From Bacillota bacterium (lineage in GTDB: Bacteria > Bacillota > Dehalobacteriia > UBA4068), in assembly GCA_050949225.1 (NCBI GenBank), contig JBMNFI010000002.1, positions 6,100 through 70,099 of the forward strand: a DNA stretch of 64,000 bases. The letters run 5' to 3'. The notes under the pieces were generated by a model. It was not told where the DNA came from and did no database searches. It saw nothing but the letters and a program-made list of their open reading frames with translations. Position numbers and translations under genes: made by a program. Of this stretch, positions 47,163 to 56,330 are shown piece after piece. Every line of letters starts with the position of its first letter. The first letter of the stretch is position 1.

Positions 47163-48014
47163 TTATTTGTTTTTACGTTTTTTAACAATTACTATGCGTC
47201 TGTATGGCTCATCACCGCAGCTTAGAGTATCAACCCTTTTATCGTCCTGCAATGCCATATGGATAATCCGTCTTTCATGTGGATTCATGGGGTCCAGTTC
47301 CAGCCGACGTCCGGAACGAACCGCCTGATCTGCCATCTTCCTAGCTAAATTATGAAGAGTTTTTTTTCTGCTTTTACGATACCCTTCAACATCAAAAACA
47401 ATCCGTGTATGTTCCTCTTTTCCTCTATTAATAATTAAATTAGTTAGGTACTGCAAAGAATTGATGGTTTCGCCACGACGTCCAATTAAAGAACCTAAAC
47501 CGACACCGAAAAAAGAAATCCATAAAATATTATCCTTGACTTTTGATTCATGAGTGGGATTTAATTTCATTTTGGCCAATATCGGCTCCATAAAGGCTAA
47601 GGCCTCTTGTTCCGCTGAGATAAATTTACCAAAAGGAGCAACTCCTTTAACCTCTTTAACCTCTTTATTTGTTTTATTAGCAGGTTGATCTTCCTTTTTT
47701 TGAACAGAATCAAAAGTAACAGCTTTTGCTTCTCCTTCACTCTTTGCTTTGTCGGGAGCAACAACTTCAGCCGTCGGCTTTGATTTTTTTACCGGTCTAT
47801 GTATTTCAGAGGAGGGTTTTTTTTCTTCTTCTTTTTGTGCTTTTTGAACAGTAACCTGCACTTTTGCCGGTTTACCACCTAAACCTAAAAAACCTCTACT
47901 ACCTACATCCAAAACATCCACTTCTACTTCATCTAATCCGACACCGGCCGCCTCGCAAGCTGCCGTTAAAGCAGCTTCTACAGTTTTTCCGGTACCTTCA
48001 AAAACATTGTTCAT
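47163..48014 (-). CDS. jag: Jag/KhpB RNA-binding protein (Jag_N, KH, R3H)
   Basis: 283 aa with an N-terminal GKTVEAALTAACEAAG, a K/E-rich linker, and the C-terminal R3H region MNPHERRIIHMAL. Confidence 0.88.
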   Translation of the reverse strand: MNNVFEGTGKTVEAALTAACEAAGVGLDEVEVDVLDVGSRGFLGLGGKPAKVQVTVQKAQKEEEKKPSSEIHRPVKKSKPTAEVVAPDKAKSEGEAKAVTFDSVQKKEDQPANKTNKEVKEVKGVAPFGKFISAEQEALAFMEPILAKMKLNPTHESKVKDNILWISFFGVGLGSLIGRRGETINSLQYLTNLIINRGKEEHTRIVFDVEGYRKSRKKTLHNLARKMADQAVRSGRRLELDPMNPHERRIIHMALQDDKRVDTLSCGDEPYRRIVIVKKRKNK

Positions 48015-48060
48015 TTTTTACACCCCTTGTTTGTTTTAAGGCGTTATTATCAAGCATAAC

Positions 48061-49185
48061 TCATTTTTTTCTGCGCAATTGCCGCTTTTTGCTGCCCTTT
48101 TTAACCTTGGATCTCATTTCCTCAGAAAGAGGTTTGGATTCCGGTAAAGGCTTATTGGTTTTAGCAGCGGAAGCACCCTCGTCTATTCTAACTGATCCAT
48201 CGGGAGTGCTGATATATCCTCCGGTTTCATCATCTGAACGCTTAGACCAAGGATGATCCCCATCAAAAATTTCATTTTGAGTTAGCTTCGTTTTAACTTC
48301 TTGGCCTTTATCCTTATTATCCTTGCCCTCCTTGCCTCTTTTAGCTGCCTTTTCTTTGGCTTTTTTTTCTTTTTCCGCTTGCGCTGCAGCAACAGCTCTA
48401 TCCAATTCTGAGAGTTTTCGATGTTCTTTTTGATGTCTCTTTTTAGGATCAAGTAAAGCTTCTTGCTCCAGTTTTTCTTCTGCTAAAAGTTCTTCTTTAG
48501 CACATTTTCTATTAACCATAATCTGCTGCACACCACCGAGAACACTGAAACTAATCCAATAAAGACTTAGTGCGGCCGGGAAATTTCTGGAGATAAAACC
48601 AAAGAAGATCGGCATAAAGTAAAGCATCATCTTTTGACTCGGATTAGAGCTATCAACGGTGGACATTTTTTGCTGTAAAAAAGTGGCAAGACCAACTATA
48701 ACTGGTAAAATCCAACCCGTAGGATCCGGCAAGGAAAGACTGTCTATCCAGAAAAAAGAATAGTTCACTCCTTCGGGAGGAACAAAGCTATAGATAGTAC
48801 GATATAAAGCAATCAAAATAGGCATTTGAATCAACAAAGGCAAACAACCGCTTAAAGGATTTATATCATATTCTCTATAAATACGAAAAGTTTCCTCATT
48901 TTTCTTTTGCGGATCGTTTTCATATTTTTGATTGATCTCCATAATCAAAGGCTGGATCTTCTGCATGCCACGCATTGATCGCATTTGTTTAAGAGTTAAC
49001 GGATAAAGAGCAAGTTTGATAACAATTGTAAAAAGTACGATAGCTAAGGCATAACTGGGTAAGTTAACTATATCAGTAAATTGATATAATATGTTTAAAA
49101 ACCAAGCTAAAGCATCCTTAATAGCATTCCAGCCATTGGATATTCCTAATAAATTGTTAGAGATATTGAAAAAAAATTCCAACAT
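48061..49185 (-). CDS. yidC: Membrane protein insertase YidC with a long basic C-terminal extension
   Basis: 374 aa. The core is ...IVIKLALYPLTLKQMRSMRGMQKIQP...GCLPLLIQMPILIAL.... The last ~150 aa are K/E/R-rich. Confidence 0.9.
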   Translation of the reverse strand: MLEFFFNISNNLLGISNGWNAIKDALAWFLNILYQFTDIVNLPSYALAIVLFTIVIKLALYPLTLKQMRSMRGMQKIQPLIMEINQKYENDPQKKNEETFRIYREYDINPLSGCLPLLIQMPILIALYRTIYSFVPPEGVNYSFFWIDSLSLPDPTGWILPVIVGLATFLQQKMSTVDSSNPSQKMMLYFMPIFFGFISRNFPAALSLYWISFSVLGGVQQIMVNRKCAKEELLAEEKLEQEALLDPKKRHQKEHRKLSELDRAVAAAQAEKEKKAKEKAAKRGKEGKDNKDKGQEVKTKLTQNEIFDGDHPWSKRSDDETGGYISTPDGSVRIDEGASAAKTNKPLPESKPLSEEMRSKVKKGSKKRQLRRKK

Positions 49186-49243
49186 TAATTATCTCCTTTG
49201 TAATCTACAGTTATTTTTATGTTGGCTGCTACGACAGCCTAGT

Positions 49244-49498
49244 TTATTTATTTGTTTTCCATAAGTTTTTTTCCATAGTAAAAGGTAAATCAGGAACGGG
49301 ATCAAAACCCCCTGGATTAAAAGGATGACAACGACAAAGACGTTTAAATCCTAACCAGAAACCCCTTACCGCGCCATAGCGGGTTATGGCTTCCAAAGTA
49401 TATTGTGAACAGGTAGGATAATAACGACAATGTGCTCCCAATAAGGGAGAAATAGCCATCTGATAAAATTTAATCATTGCAATCATTATTTTAGCCAT
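49244..49498 (-). CDS. yidD: Membrane protein insertion efficiency factor YidD
   Basis: [30 protein letters not shown]...[13 protein letters not shown] is canonical YidD. Confidence 0.92.
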   Translation of the reverse strand: MAKIMIAMIKFYQMAISPLLGAHCRYYPTCSQYTLEAITRYGAVRGFWLGFKRLCRCHPFNPGGFDPVPDLPFTMEKNLWKTNK

Positions 49499-49613
49499 TT
49501 TTTATCCTTTAAAAGACTGCTTTATTGCTGCCATTTTTACCAAAATAACAACAATAATAATCATACAATTCCCATAATCGTTTTCAAACTCCATTATTTG
49601 TTACTTGCACAGA

Positions 49614-49946
49614 TCAAGGAACTTTTTTAAGCGCCATTACAATTTCTTCTTTCACTTGTTTAAAAGACATTTTATCAGCATTTTTTCTTATAATAAATAT
49701 ATAATCATACTGAAGTGGGAAACTATCCGCCATTTTGCGGCAAGCCTCCTTAAAGCGTCTTTTAAGCAGATTTCTTTGTACTGCTTTACCTGTTTTTTTA
49801 GAGATAGAAAAACCAATTCTAAATCCCTTTTGCCTGCGGTTTTTTCGATAATAAAAGACAAAACCTCGATAGGCATGGGATTTCCCATATCGATAAATTA
49901 TTCTAAAATCTCTGTTTTTTTGTAAACGATTTTCTTTATCTAACAT
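49614..49946 (-). CDS. rnpA: Ribonuclease P protein component
   Basis: 110 aa, basic. RLQKNRDFRIIY...ISKKTGKAVQRNLLKRRFKEA contains the RNR motif. Located directly downstream of rpmH. Confidence 0.92.
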   Translation of the reverse strand: MLDKENRLQKNRDFRIIYRYGKSHAYRGFVFYYRKNRRQKGFRIGFSISKKTGKAVQRNLLKRRFKEACRKMADSFPLQYDYIFIIRKNADKMSFKQVKEEIVMALKKVP

Positions 49947-49951
49947 AGAGC

Positions 49952-50086
49952 TTAAGCTGATAAGACTTTTCTGCCTTTAGCACGTCTTCTTCTTAAAACA
50001 TTACGACCACCTTTACTGCTCATTCGAGACATAAAGCCATGTACTCTTTTATGAACACGTTTTTTGGGCTGATAAGTTCTTTTCAT
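49952..50086 (-). CDS. rpmH: 50S ribosomal protein L34
   Basis: Not in the ORF track (44 aa). Hand translation gives [50 protein letters not shown] lies upstream. Confidence 0.95.
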   Translation of the reverse strand: MKRTYQPKKRVHKRVHGFMSRMSSKGGRNVLRRRRAKGRKVLSA

Positions 50087-50750
50087 TATGAATGCATCCT
50101 CCTTCATTAAAAATAATCATTCTATATTTAGACCTCTTTTAAGACATTCCGTTAGAACAGTCTTTTGATACTTTTTTAGACTGTTTGATAAATTGTACTA
50201 CCAATTATATCTTTCATCTTTATATGAATAAATCTTAAAAAAGTCTAACAGTGAAATTATATCTTAAAAAATAATTTTAGTCAACCAAGACTTGTATTTT
50301 TAGCTTAAACCTACATCAATATATTAGATACAAAAATTTACCTTTGATGCTGCAATTTTTTAGATATTCTCAGATGCTTCGGATATCGTATAGTTAAGAC
50401 TCCTTTAAACCTTTTACCAAGGATTTTTCCTTACAATATTTCAACTAAGAAGAGTTTTTTAACCAATTTTCCTGCAGTTACATTTGAGATAATATTTTCG
50501 CAGTTCTGGAAAGAACTTGCTTAACTTAAACGATGAAGATTCTCAATCCATTACTTGAATTCGTTGGCATATCGAGACCATTTTGAAACACTGTTTAATA
50601 TTATTATTTCCTTTTTCAAGTTTAACCTGTTAAAATTTTTATGTCCATAATTCAAATACTAAAATCAGCTATTATTTTTTATTAGTATTTGATAGCTCTT
50701 ACAGATTGTCGCCAAAAATTTTTCAATATCTCCATCTTCTTTATTGAAAT

Positions 50751-50862
50751 TGTGGATAAATTTTGTTATCATTACTAATACAGCCTGTTTTTATATACTT
50801 ATCCACTGTTTTATTGAAAATGTGTTCGTAAGATTTTTTTACAACTATGTTTTTGTGGATAA
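50751..50862. other. oriC part 1: DnaA-box cluster immediately upstream of dnaA
   Basis: TGTGGATAA 50751-50759 (perfect), TTATCCACT 50799-50807 (1 mismatch) and TGTGGATAA 50854-50862 (perfect), against the consensus TTATCCACA. Confidence 0.8.
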
Positions 50863-50917
50863 CTTTAATATTATACTTTCATTTATTAGCGAATTGGCGG
50901 AAATAGGGGGATTAATA

Positions 50918-52264
50918 GTGGAAAATGTTTGGCTAAAAACACTTGATTTAATAAAAATGGATATTGGTTCTGCACGTTTTGATCGCTGGTTTTGTTCCGT
51001 AGAAAACATAACTCTTCGTAATGGCACCGTTTATATAACTGTACCCGATGAATATGCTCAGGAATATATGCAGCAATCTTTTTATAAAAGTATCAAAAAA
51101 AACCTTAAACTGGTTTCCAACCAAAACTTGGATGTTTATTTTGTAACTAATGACGAAATAATACCGGAAGAAGAAAATAATACGAATAACAAAACTCCTA
51201 AAAATAATATTTTAGAATTTTCTGAAGTGGCAGGTAATGGATTTCAATTCAATCCACGTTATACTTTTGATTCTTTTGTGGTGGGAAATTCTAATCGTTT
51301 TGCACATGCCGCGGCTATGGCTGTTGCAGACAGGCCATCAAGAACCTATAATCCTTTATTTATTTATGGCGGATCAGGATTAGGAAAAACACATTTAATG
51401 CATGCTATTGCACAAAAAATTTTAATACAAAACAAACAAACTAATGTAGTATATATTTCTACAGAAAGTTTTACTAATGAATTTATTTCTATGATTAGAA
51501 CCGGTAAAGCTCACGCTTTTAAAAACCGTTATCGCAATGCCGATGTTTTTTTAATAGATGATATTCAATTTTTAGCCGGTAAAAAAGAAACCCAGGAAGA
51601 ATTTTTTCATACTTTCAACGCTCTTCATGATCTGGAAAAACAAATCATTATTACTTCGGACAGACCACCTAAAGAAATAGAAATGTTGGAAGAAAGATTA
51701 CGCTCCCGTTTTGAATGGGGATTAATCACAGATATTCAGCCCCCAGATGTAGAAACTCGCTGTGCTATTTTACAGAGAAAAGCTCTTTCGGAAAATGCTC
51801 ATTTATCTGACGAAGTAATCTTTTTAATCGCTGATAAAATTCATTCCAATATTCGAGAGCTGGAAGGTGCTTTAAATAAAGTAATGCATTTTGCTTTACT
51901 GAATAATATCGTGGATATTGAGGTTTCTCATGTTTTGGAAGCCTTAAAAGAAATTTTACCTAAAGAATCACAACAAAAACCAACTATTGAATTGATTCAA
52001 AAAATTGTTGCTGATCATTTTGATCTACGTATTAATGATATGAAAAGCAAAAAAAGAGATCGTGCTATTTCCTATCCCCGACAAATTGCTATGTATCTTT
52101 GTCGAGATATATTAGATATTTCTTTCCCTAAAATAGGACATGATTTTGGCGGTAGAGATCATTCTACAGTCATTCATGCTTGTGAAAAAATTGATCAATT
52201 ACTTAATTATGACCTGCAGTTAGAAAAAACTATTAAACAATTAACCGCACAAATAACTAAATAA
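50918..52264 (+). CDS. dnaA: Chromosomal replication initiator protein DnaA
   Basis: GTG start at 50918 (AGGGGG 7 nt upstream) gives (M)ENVWLKTLDLIK.... Walker A GGSGLGKTHL and C-terminal HSTVIHACEKI. The ORF-track TTG at 50744 would make the protein read through the DnaA boxes. Confidence 0.93.
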   Translation: MENVWLKTLDLIKMDIGSARFDRWFCSVENITLRNGTVYITVPDEYAQEYMQQSFYKSIKKNLKLVSNQNLDVYFVTNDEIIPEEENNTNNKTPKNNILEFSEVAGNGFQFNPRYTFDSFVVGNSNRFAHAAAMAVADRPSRTYNPLFIYGGSGLGKTHLMHAIAQKILIQNKQTNVVYISTESFTNEFISMIRTGKAHAFKNRYRNADVFLIDDIQFLAGKKETQEEFFHTFNALHDLEKQIIITSDRPPKEIEMLEERLRSRFEWGLITDIQPPDVETRCAILQRKALSENAHLSDEVIFLIADKIHSNIRELEGALNKVMHFALLNNIVDIEVSHVLEALKEILPKESQQKPTIELIQKIVADHFDLRINDMKSKKRDRAISYPRQIAMYLCRDILDISFPKIGHDFGGRDHSTVIHACEKIDQLLNYDLQLEKTIKQLTAQITK

Positions 52265-52283
52265 ACTAAATATAGCCAAATAT

Positions 52284-52320
52284 AAAAACTTCTTTAAAGA
52301 AATTTAAAGAAGTTTTTATA
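52284..52320 (+). terminator. Hairpin/terminator after dnaA
   Basis: AAAAACTTCTTTAAA-gaaa-TTTAAAGAAGTTTTT: AT-rich, 15-nt arms. Confidence 0.55.
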
Positions 52321-52401
52321 TTTATAATAATTATGTGCTGACTACATCTTAATTTAATGGACAGATAATCCTTTTTGACTTATAATAATATTAACATCTT
52401 T

Positions 52402-52517
52402 AGTGGATAACCTACTTTTTTTGTGTAAAAACAGCTTTTTATCCACGATATCATTATATAATTGTTGAATTATCTGTTGATTTAATATTTTAAATTTATT
52501 TTTATTAAAATTTTTTA
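52402..52517. other. oriC part 2: DnaA boxes plus an A/T-only unwinding-element candidate in the dnaA-dnaN spacer
   Basis: AGTGGATAA 52402-52410 and TTATCCACG 52439-52447 (1 mismatch each). An uninterrupted A/T-only run spans 52480-52517. Confidence 0.7.
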
Positions 52518-52804
52518 GTGTTTTCCCCACAAAACAACTATTTACTTTGTGAAAAAACTGTTTACTACTTTAATATTATGTAGATATCTTTTTGCAGTTT
52601 TCCTGTTAATGGGTAAACTGTTTATAACATTATTATCTGTGCACATGTTTTTTATTTTATAAATAACCAGCGTATGGTAATCTAATAAATTTTTTACCCA
52701 TTATCAACCTATACTACTATTATAACTATTTAATATATTATTATTATGCTAACTTTAAAAAAATATGCTTATTTTATGATATATATAAAATTGGAGGATA
52801 ACTT

Positions 52805-53944
52805 ATGAAAATTAATTGTCAAAAAGAAGATTTATTATATGGTGTACAATCTGTTTTTAAAGCTATTTCCACAAAAAACACCTTACCTATTTTGGGAGGA
52901 ATTATGTTGATCGCTGAAAACGATCAATTGATTTTTAAAGCTACTGATTTAGAAATAGCTATTGAATGTATAATTAATGTTGATGTAGAACAATCCGGTG
53001 TTGTAGTTGTTCAGGGTAAATATTTTAATGAAATGGTGAGAAATTTACCTGATGGTGATGTTACTTTACATAGTATGGATGAAAAACAGATTAATATTAT
53101 TTATGGACAAAGTGGTAAAAAAGCAGAAAGTTCCTTAAACTGTTTTGATCCGGAAGAATTTCCTGCTTTACCGGAAGTAACAGGTGAAATTAGCGGTAAT
53201 ATTCCTGCTGAAGTTTTTAAAAGGCTGGTTCGTCAGGTGTCTATTGCAGCGGCAACGGATGAAATAAGACCTATTTTTACAGGTATTTTAGTAGATCTAA
53301 AGCCACAACAGATTACCATGGTAGCCACAGATACCCATCGTTTAGCTGTAGGAAAAGGTGTTTGGCAAGGTGAAGGTGAAGGTAAATTTATTTTGCCGGC
53401 GCGGACCATGGTTGAAATTTCCCGTCTGTTAGCTGAGGGTGATAGTTCTATTAATATCAATATATCTAAAAACCAGGCTCATTTTTGCGCTAAAAATATA
53501 ACTTTTACCTCTATGGTAATTAATGGCCAATATCCTAATTATCAGCAAGTTTTACCAGCTGAAAATTTATATACCAGTAAAACAGTTATTGATAGAAAAC
53601 AATTAATGGAAACACTGGGCAGAGCGGCGATTTTTGTAGGTGAAAATGGTAAAATGAAAGGTAATATAGCTAAATTAACTTGGCAAAATGATAATTTATC
53701 GATTGTCGCCGGTGGCGCTGATTTAGGTATATTGGAAGAAGATATTTATGCCTTACTGGAAGGTGAAGAGGTAGAGGCTAGTTATAATGTGCGCTATTTA
53801 TTAGATGTTTTAAAAGTTATAAATAGCGAAAAGATTGTTATGCGCTTAACAGGATCTTTAACCCCGGGAATTATTATGCCGGATGAAGTTCCGGATGATG
53901 AATCATTTTTATATTTAATATTACCGATTAGAACAACTAATTAG
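52805..53944 (+). CDS. dnaN: DNA polymerase III beta sliding clamp
   Basis: 379 aa. MKINCQKEDLLYGVQSVFKAISTKNTLPILGGIML... is typical DnaN. GGAGGA RBS. Confidence 0.95.
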   Translation: MKINCQKEDLLYGVQSVFKAISTKNTLPILGGIMLIAENDQLIFKATDLEIAIECIINVDVEQSGVVVVQGKYFNEMVRNLPDGDVTLHSMDEKQINIIYGQSGKKAESSLNCFDPEEFPALPEVTGEISGNIPAEVFKRLVRQVSIAAATDEIRPIFTGILVDLKPQQITMVATDTHRLAVGKGVWQGEGEGKFILPARTMVEISRLLAEGDSSININISKNQAHFCAKNITFTSMVINGQYPNYQQVLPAENLYTSKTVIDRKQLMETLGRAAIFVGENGKMKGNIAKLTWQNDNLSIVAGGADLGILEEDIYALLEGEEVEASYNVRYLLDVLKVINSEKIVMRLTGSLTPGIIMPDEVPDDESFLYLILPIRTTN

Positions 53945-53957
53945 AGTAGGTGTTGAT

Positions 53958-55049
53958 TTGAAAATAACTTCTTTATCATTGAATAATTTTCGTAATTATA
54001 AACAGGCGGAAGTTCGGTGGAATGATAAATTAAATATTATTTGTGGTATGAATGCCCAAGGAAAATCTAACCTTTTAGAAGCTATCTGTTATTTAAGCTT
54101 ATCTAATTCTTTTAGGGGGGCGACGGATAGTGATATTTTAGCTTATGGTGCGGATTTTTTCCGTCTTTCAGGGCAAATAGAAAATCGAGAAATAAAAAGT
54201 GAATTGGTGGTAGCTTATAGTAAAGGACGTAAAATTTGGAAAATTGATGGTCAAAATAAAAGAAAAGTCAGTGAAATAGTCGGTTGTTTTTATACAATTA
54301 TTTTTTCACCAGAGGATTTATCCTTAGTAAAAAGCGGGCCTGACACGAGAAGAAAATTTTTTAACAGACAAATGGCCCAGCTATACCCTGATTTTTACGT
54401 TTTACTTTTACGTTATAACAAAACTTTAAAACAAAGAAACAGCTTATTGCGTATGGAAAAAATTACGGATGAAGAGCTTTTACCTTGGGAAGATCAATTA
54501 GCGCAATTGTCAGCGCAAATTGTCAAAAGAAGGATAGAAATGCTCAAATTATTGACACCTAATATTGCCAAAGTACATAATACTTTAAATAAAGATGAAA
54601 TATTAACTATTGAATATAAAGGTATTTTACCGGAAAAACAACTGGAAAAGCTCTCCTTGTCAGAGTTAAAAAAGGTATATTTAGCCAATTATTTTCGCTT
54701 AAAAAGGGCTGAAAGGGCGAGGATGATGACCTTAAGTGGTCCCCATCGTGATGATTTTATTATTAAAATTAATCAGATGCCGGCCAAAAATTTTGCTTCA
54801 CAGGGTCAGCAAAGATCGGCAGCATTGGCATTAAAGTTAGGTGAGATGGAATTAGCTTATACAGAAAGAGGATATTATCCGGTTCTTTTGTTAGATGATG
54901 TGATGTCGGAATTTGATATTTTGCGACGGGAACAATTACTTACTATGATTAATGGTAAATCACAGACATTTATTACTGCCACTGATTTAAATTTTCAGCT
55001 CTTTGACGGACAAAAATTTGTGATTGAAAAGGGAATTATTAAGCAATAA
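53958..55049 (+). CDS. recF: DNA replication and repair protein RecF
   Basis: MKITSLSLNNFRNY...GMNAQGKSNLLEAI contains the Walker A motif, with LLLDDV later. TTG start at 53958. Confidence 0.92.
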   Translation: MKITSLSLNNFRNYKQAEVRWNDKLNIICGMNAQGKSNLLEAICYLSLSNSFRGATDSDILAYGADFFRLSGQIENREIKSELVVAYSKGRKIWKIDGQNKRKVSEIVGCFYTIIFSPEDLSLVKSGPDTRRKFFNRQMAQLYPDFYVLLLRYNKTLKQRNSLLRMEKITDEELLPWEDQLAQLSAQIVKRRIEMLKLLTPNIAKVHNTLNKDEILTIEYKGILPEKQLEKLSLSELKKVYLANYFRLKRAERARMMTLSGPHRDDFIIKINQMPAKNFASQGQQRSAALALKLGEMELAYTERGYYPVLLLDDVMSEFDILRREQLLTMINGKSQTFITATDLNFQLFDGQKFVIEKGIIKQ

Positions 55050-55149
55050 AAAAAATAAATTATCCATCAAGGGAACAAAAAAGATAGTAATCAATTTTAA
55101 AATAATTATGAAGGATTGATAAAACAAACGACAAAAAGGAGCTGATAAA

Positions 55150-55983
55150 ATGCCGGATAAAGGGCGGGAGCTTATCGATTGTGTTGATCCCTATGAATAT
55201 GAGGGGGCAGGTTTTATTGCTTGTCTTGATTCTGGTATGGGAGGTATTTCTGTCTTAACTGATATCAGGCGTTTATTACCGCAAGAGGATTTTATCTATT
55301 TTGGTGATATTGCCAATGCTCCTTATGGTGATAAGGATACCGATCAAGTACAGCAAATAGTTTTAGATCAGGTTAATACACTTTTGACTTGGAAATTAAA
55401 GGCTTTAATCCTGGCCTGTAATACAGCAACCTCAGTAACAGTGGCACAATTACGCAATTTATTGGATATTCCGGTCTTTGGTTTAGAACCGGCTTTAAAG
55501 CCGGCGGTTAAAGAGTGTATGGGTCGTATTGTGGTCTTAGGAACAACATTAACATTACGGGAAAAAAAATTTACTAATTTATTAAGCAAGCTTTCAGAAG
55601 CTCGGGATATTATTACTTTGCCTTGTCCGGGCTTGATGGAATTAATTGAAGAAGATCCCCAGCAGATAGCTATTGGAGAATATTTACAAAAAATTTTACT
55701 GCCGTATAAGAATAACCTTGACGGTATTGTTCTGGGATGCACCCATTATCTATTTTTGAAGCAATTATTAAAACGTTTGTTACCGAATGTCTTAATTTTT
55801 GATGGAAACGAAGGTATTGCCAAGCAATGTAAGAGTGTAATGGAGCAAGAGGGATTACTGGGTAGTGGTACGGGACAGTTATTGTTTTTATCGTCTTTAG
55901 AAAATAAGGATGCAGAAGGACACGAATTATTTGTGGACAAGTGTTGGAAATTCTATGATTTTTATGAAGCCATGGTTGATTAA
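55150..55983 (+). CDS. murI: Glutamate racemase
   Basis: 277 aa with LDSGMGGISV, LACNTATS and LGCTHY catalytic-Cys motifs. Confidence 0.88.
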   Translation: MPDKGRELIDCVDPYEYEGAGFIACLDSGMGGISVLTDIRRLLPQEDFIYFGDIANAPYGDKDTDQVQQIVLDQVNTLLTWKLKALILACNTATSVTVAQLRNLLDIPVFGLEPALKPAVKECMGRIVVLGTTLTLREKKFTNLLSKLSEARDIITLPCPGLMELIEEDPQQIAIGEYLQKILLPYKNNLDGIVLGCTHYLFLKQLLKRLLPNVLIFDGNEGIAKQCKSVMEQEGLLGSGTGQLLFLSSLENKDAEGHELFVDKCWKFYDFYEAMVD

Positions 55984-56033
55984 GGTTTTTAATAAATAAA
56001 GAAAGTATGTTTTTGCCGGATGGAGGTAGGGGA

Positions 56034-56306
56034 ATGAAAAAAATTTTTATTACAGTAGTTGGTAAAGATGTGGTCGGTATTATCTACAAAGTAACCGAGG
56101 TCTTATACCATAATGATATTAATATCATGGATATTTCGCAGACTACTATGCAAGATATGTTTACCATGATTATGCTCGCCGATATTTCCGGCAGTAAAAT
56201 TTCTTTTGATGAATTAGTGGACAGGTTGATGGCTCTGGGAAAAAAAGAGGGTTTAGTCATTCATTGCCAACATGAGGATATTTTTAATAGTATGCATACC
56301 ATTTAA
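56034..56306 (+). CDS. ACT domain-containing protein (UPF0237 family)
   Basis: MKKIFITVVGKDVVGIIYKVTEVL... ~90 aa. Start trimmed to 56034 (GGAGGTAGGGGA upstream). It is paired with the UPF0210 gene, as this pair usually occurs. Confidence 0.75.
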   Translation: MKKIFITVVGKDVVGIIYKVTEVLYHNDINIMDISQTTMQDMFTMIMLADISGSKISFDELVDRLMALGKKEGLVIHCQHEDIFNSMHTI

Positions 56307-56330
56307 ATTTATCAAAAACGAGGTGTCTTA

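Noticed and set aside
49499-49613. A 30-codon hydrophobic ORF (MEFENDYGNCMIIIVVILVKMAAIKQSFKG) on the minus strand between rnpA and yidD.
   Set aside because: It has no SD within range and is very short, so this may simply be an AT-rich spacer. It would need Ribo-seq or conservation to be taken seriously.
50744-50917. The 58-codon N-terminal extension of dnaA in the ORF track (TTG start, MKLWINFVIITNT...).
   Set aside because: It would be translated through three DnaA boxes. It has no SD and a hydrophobic, junk-like sequence. The GTG at 50918 has an SD and yields a canonical DnaA N-terminus.
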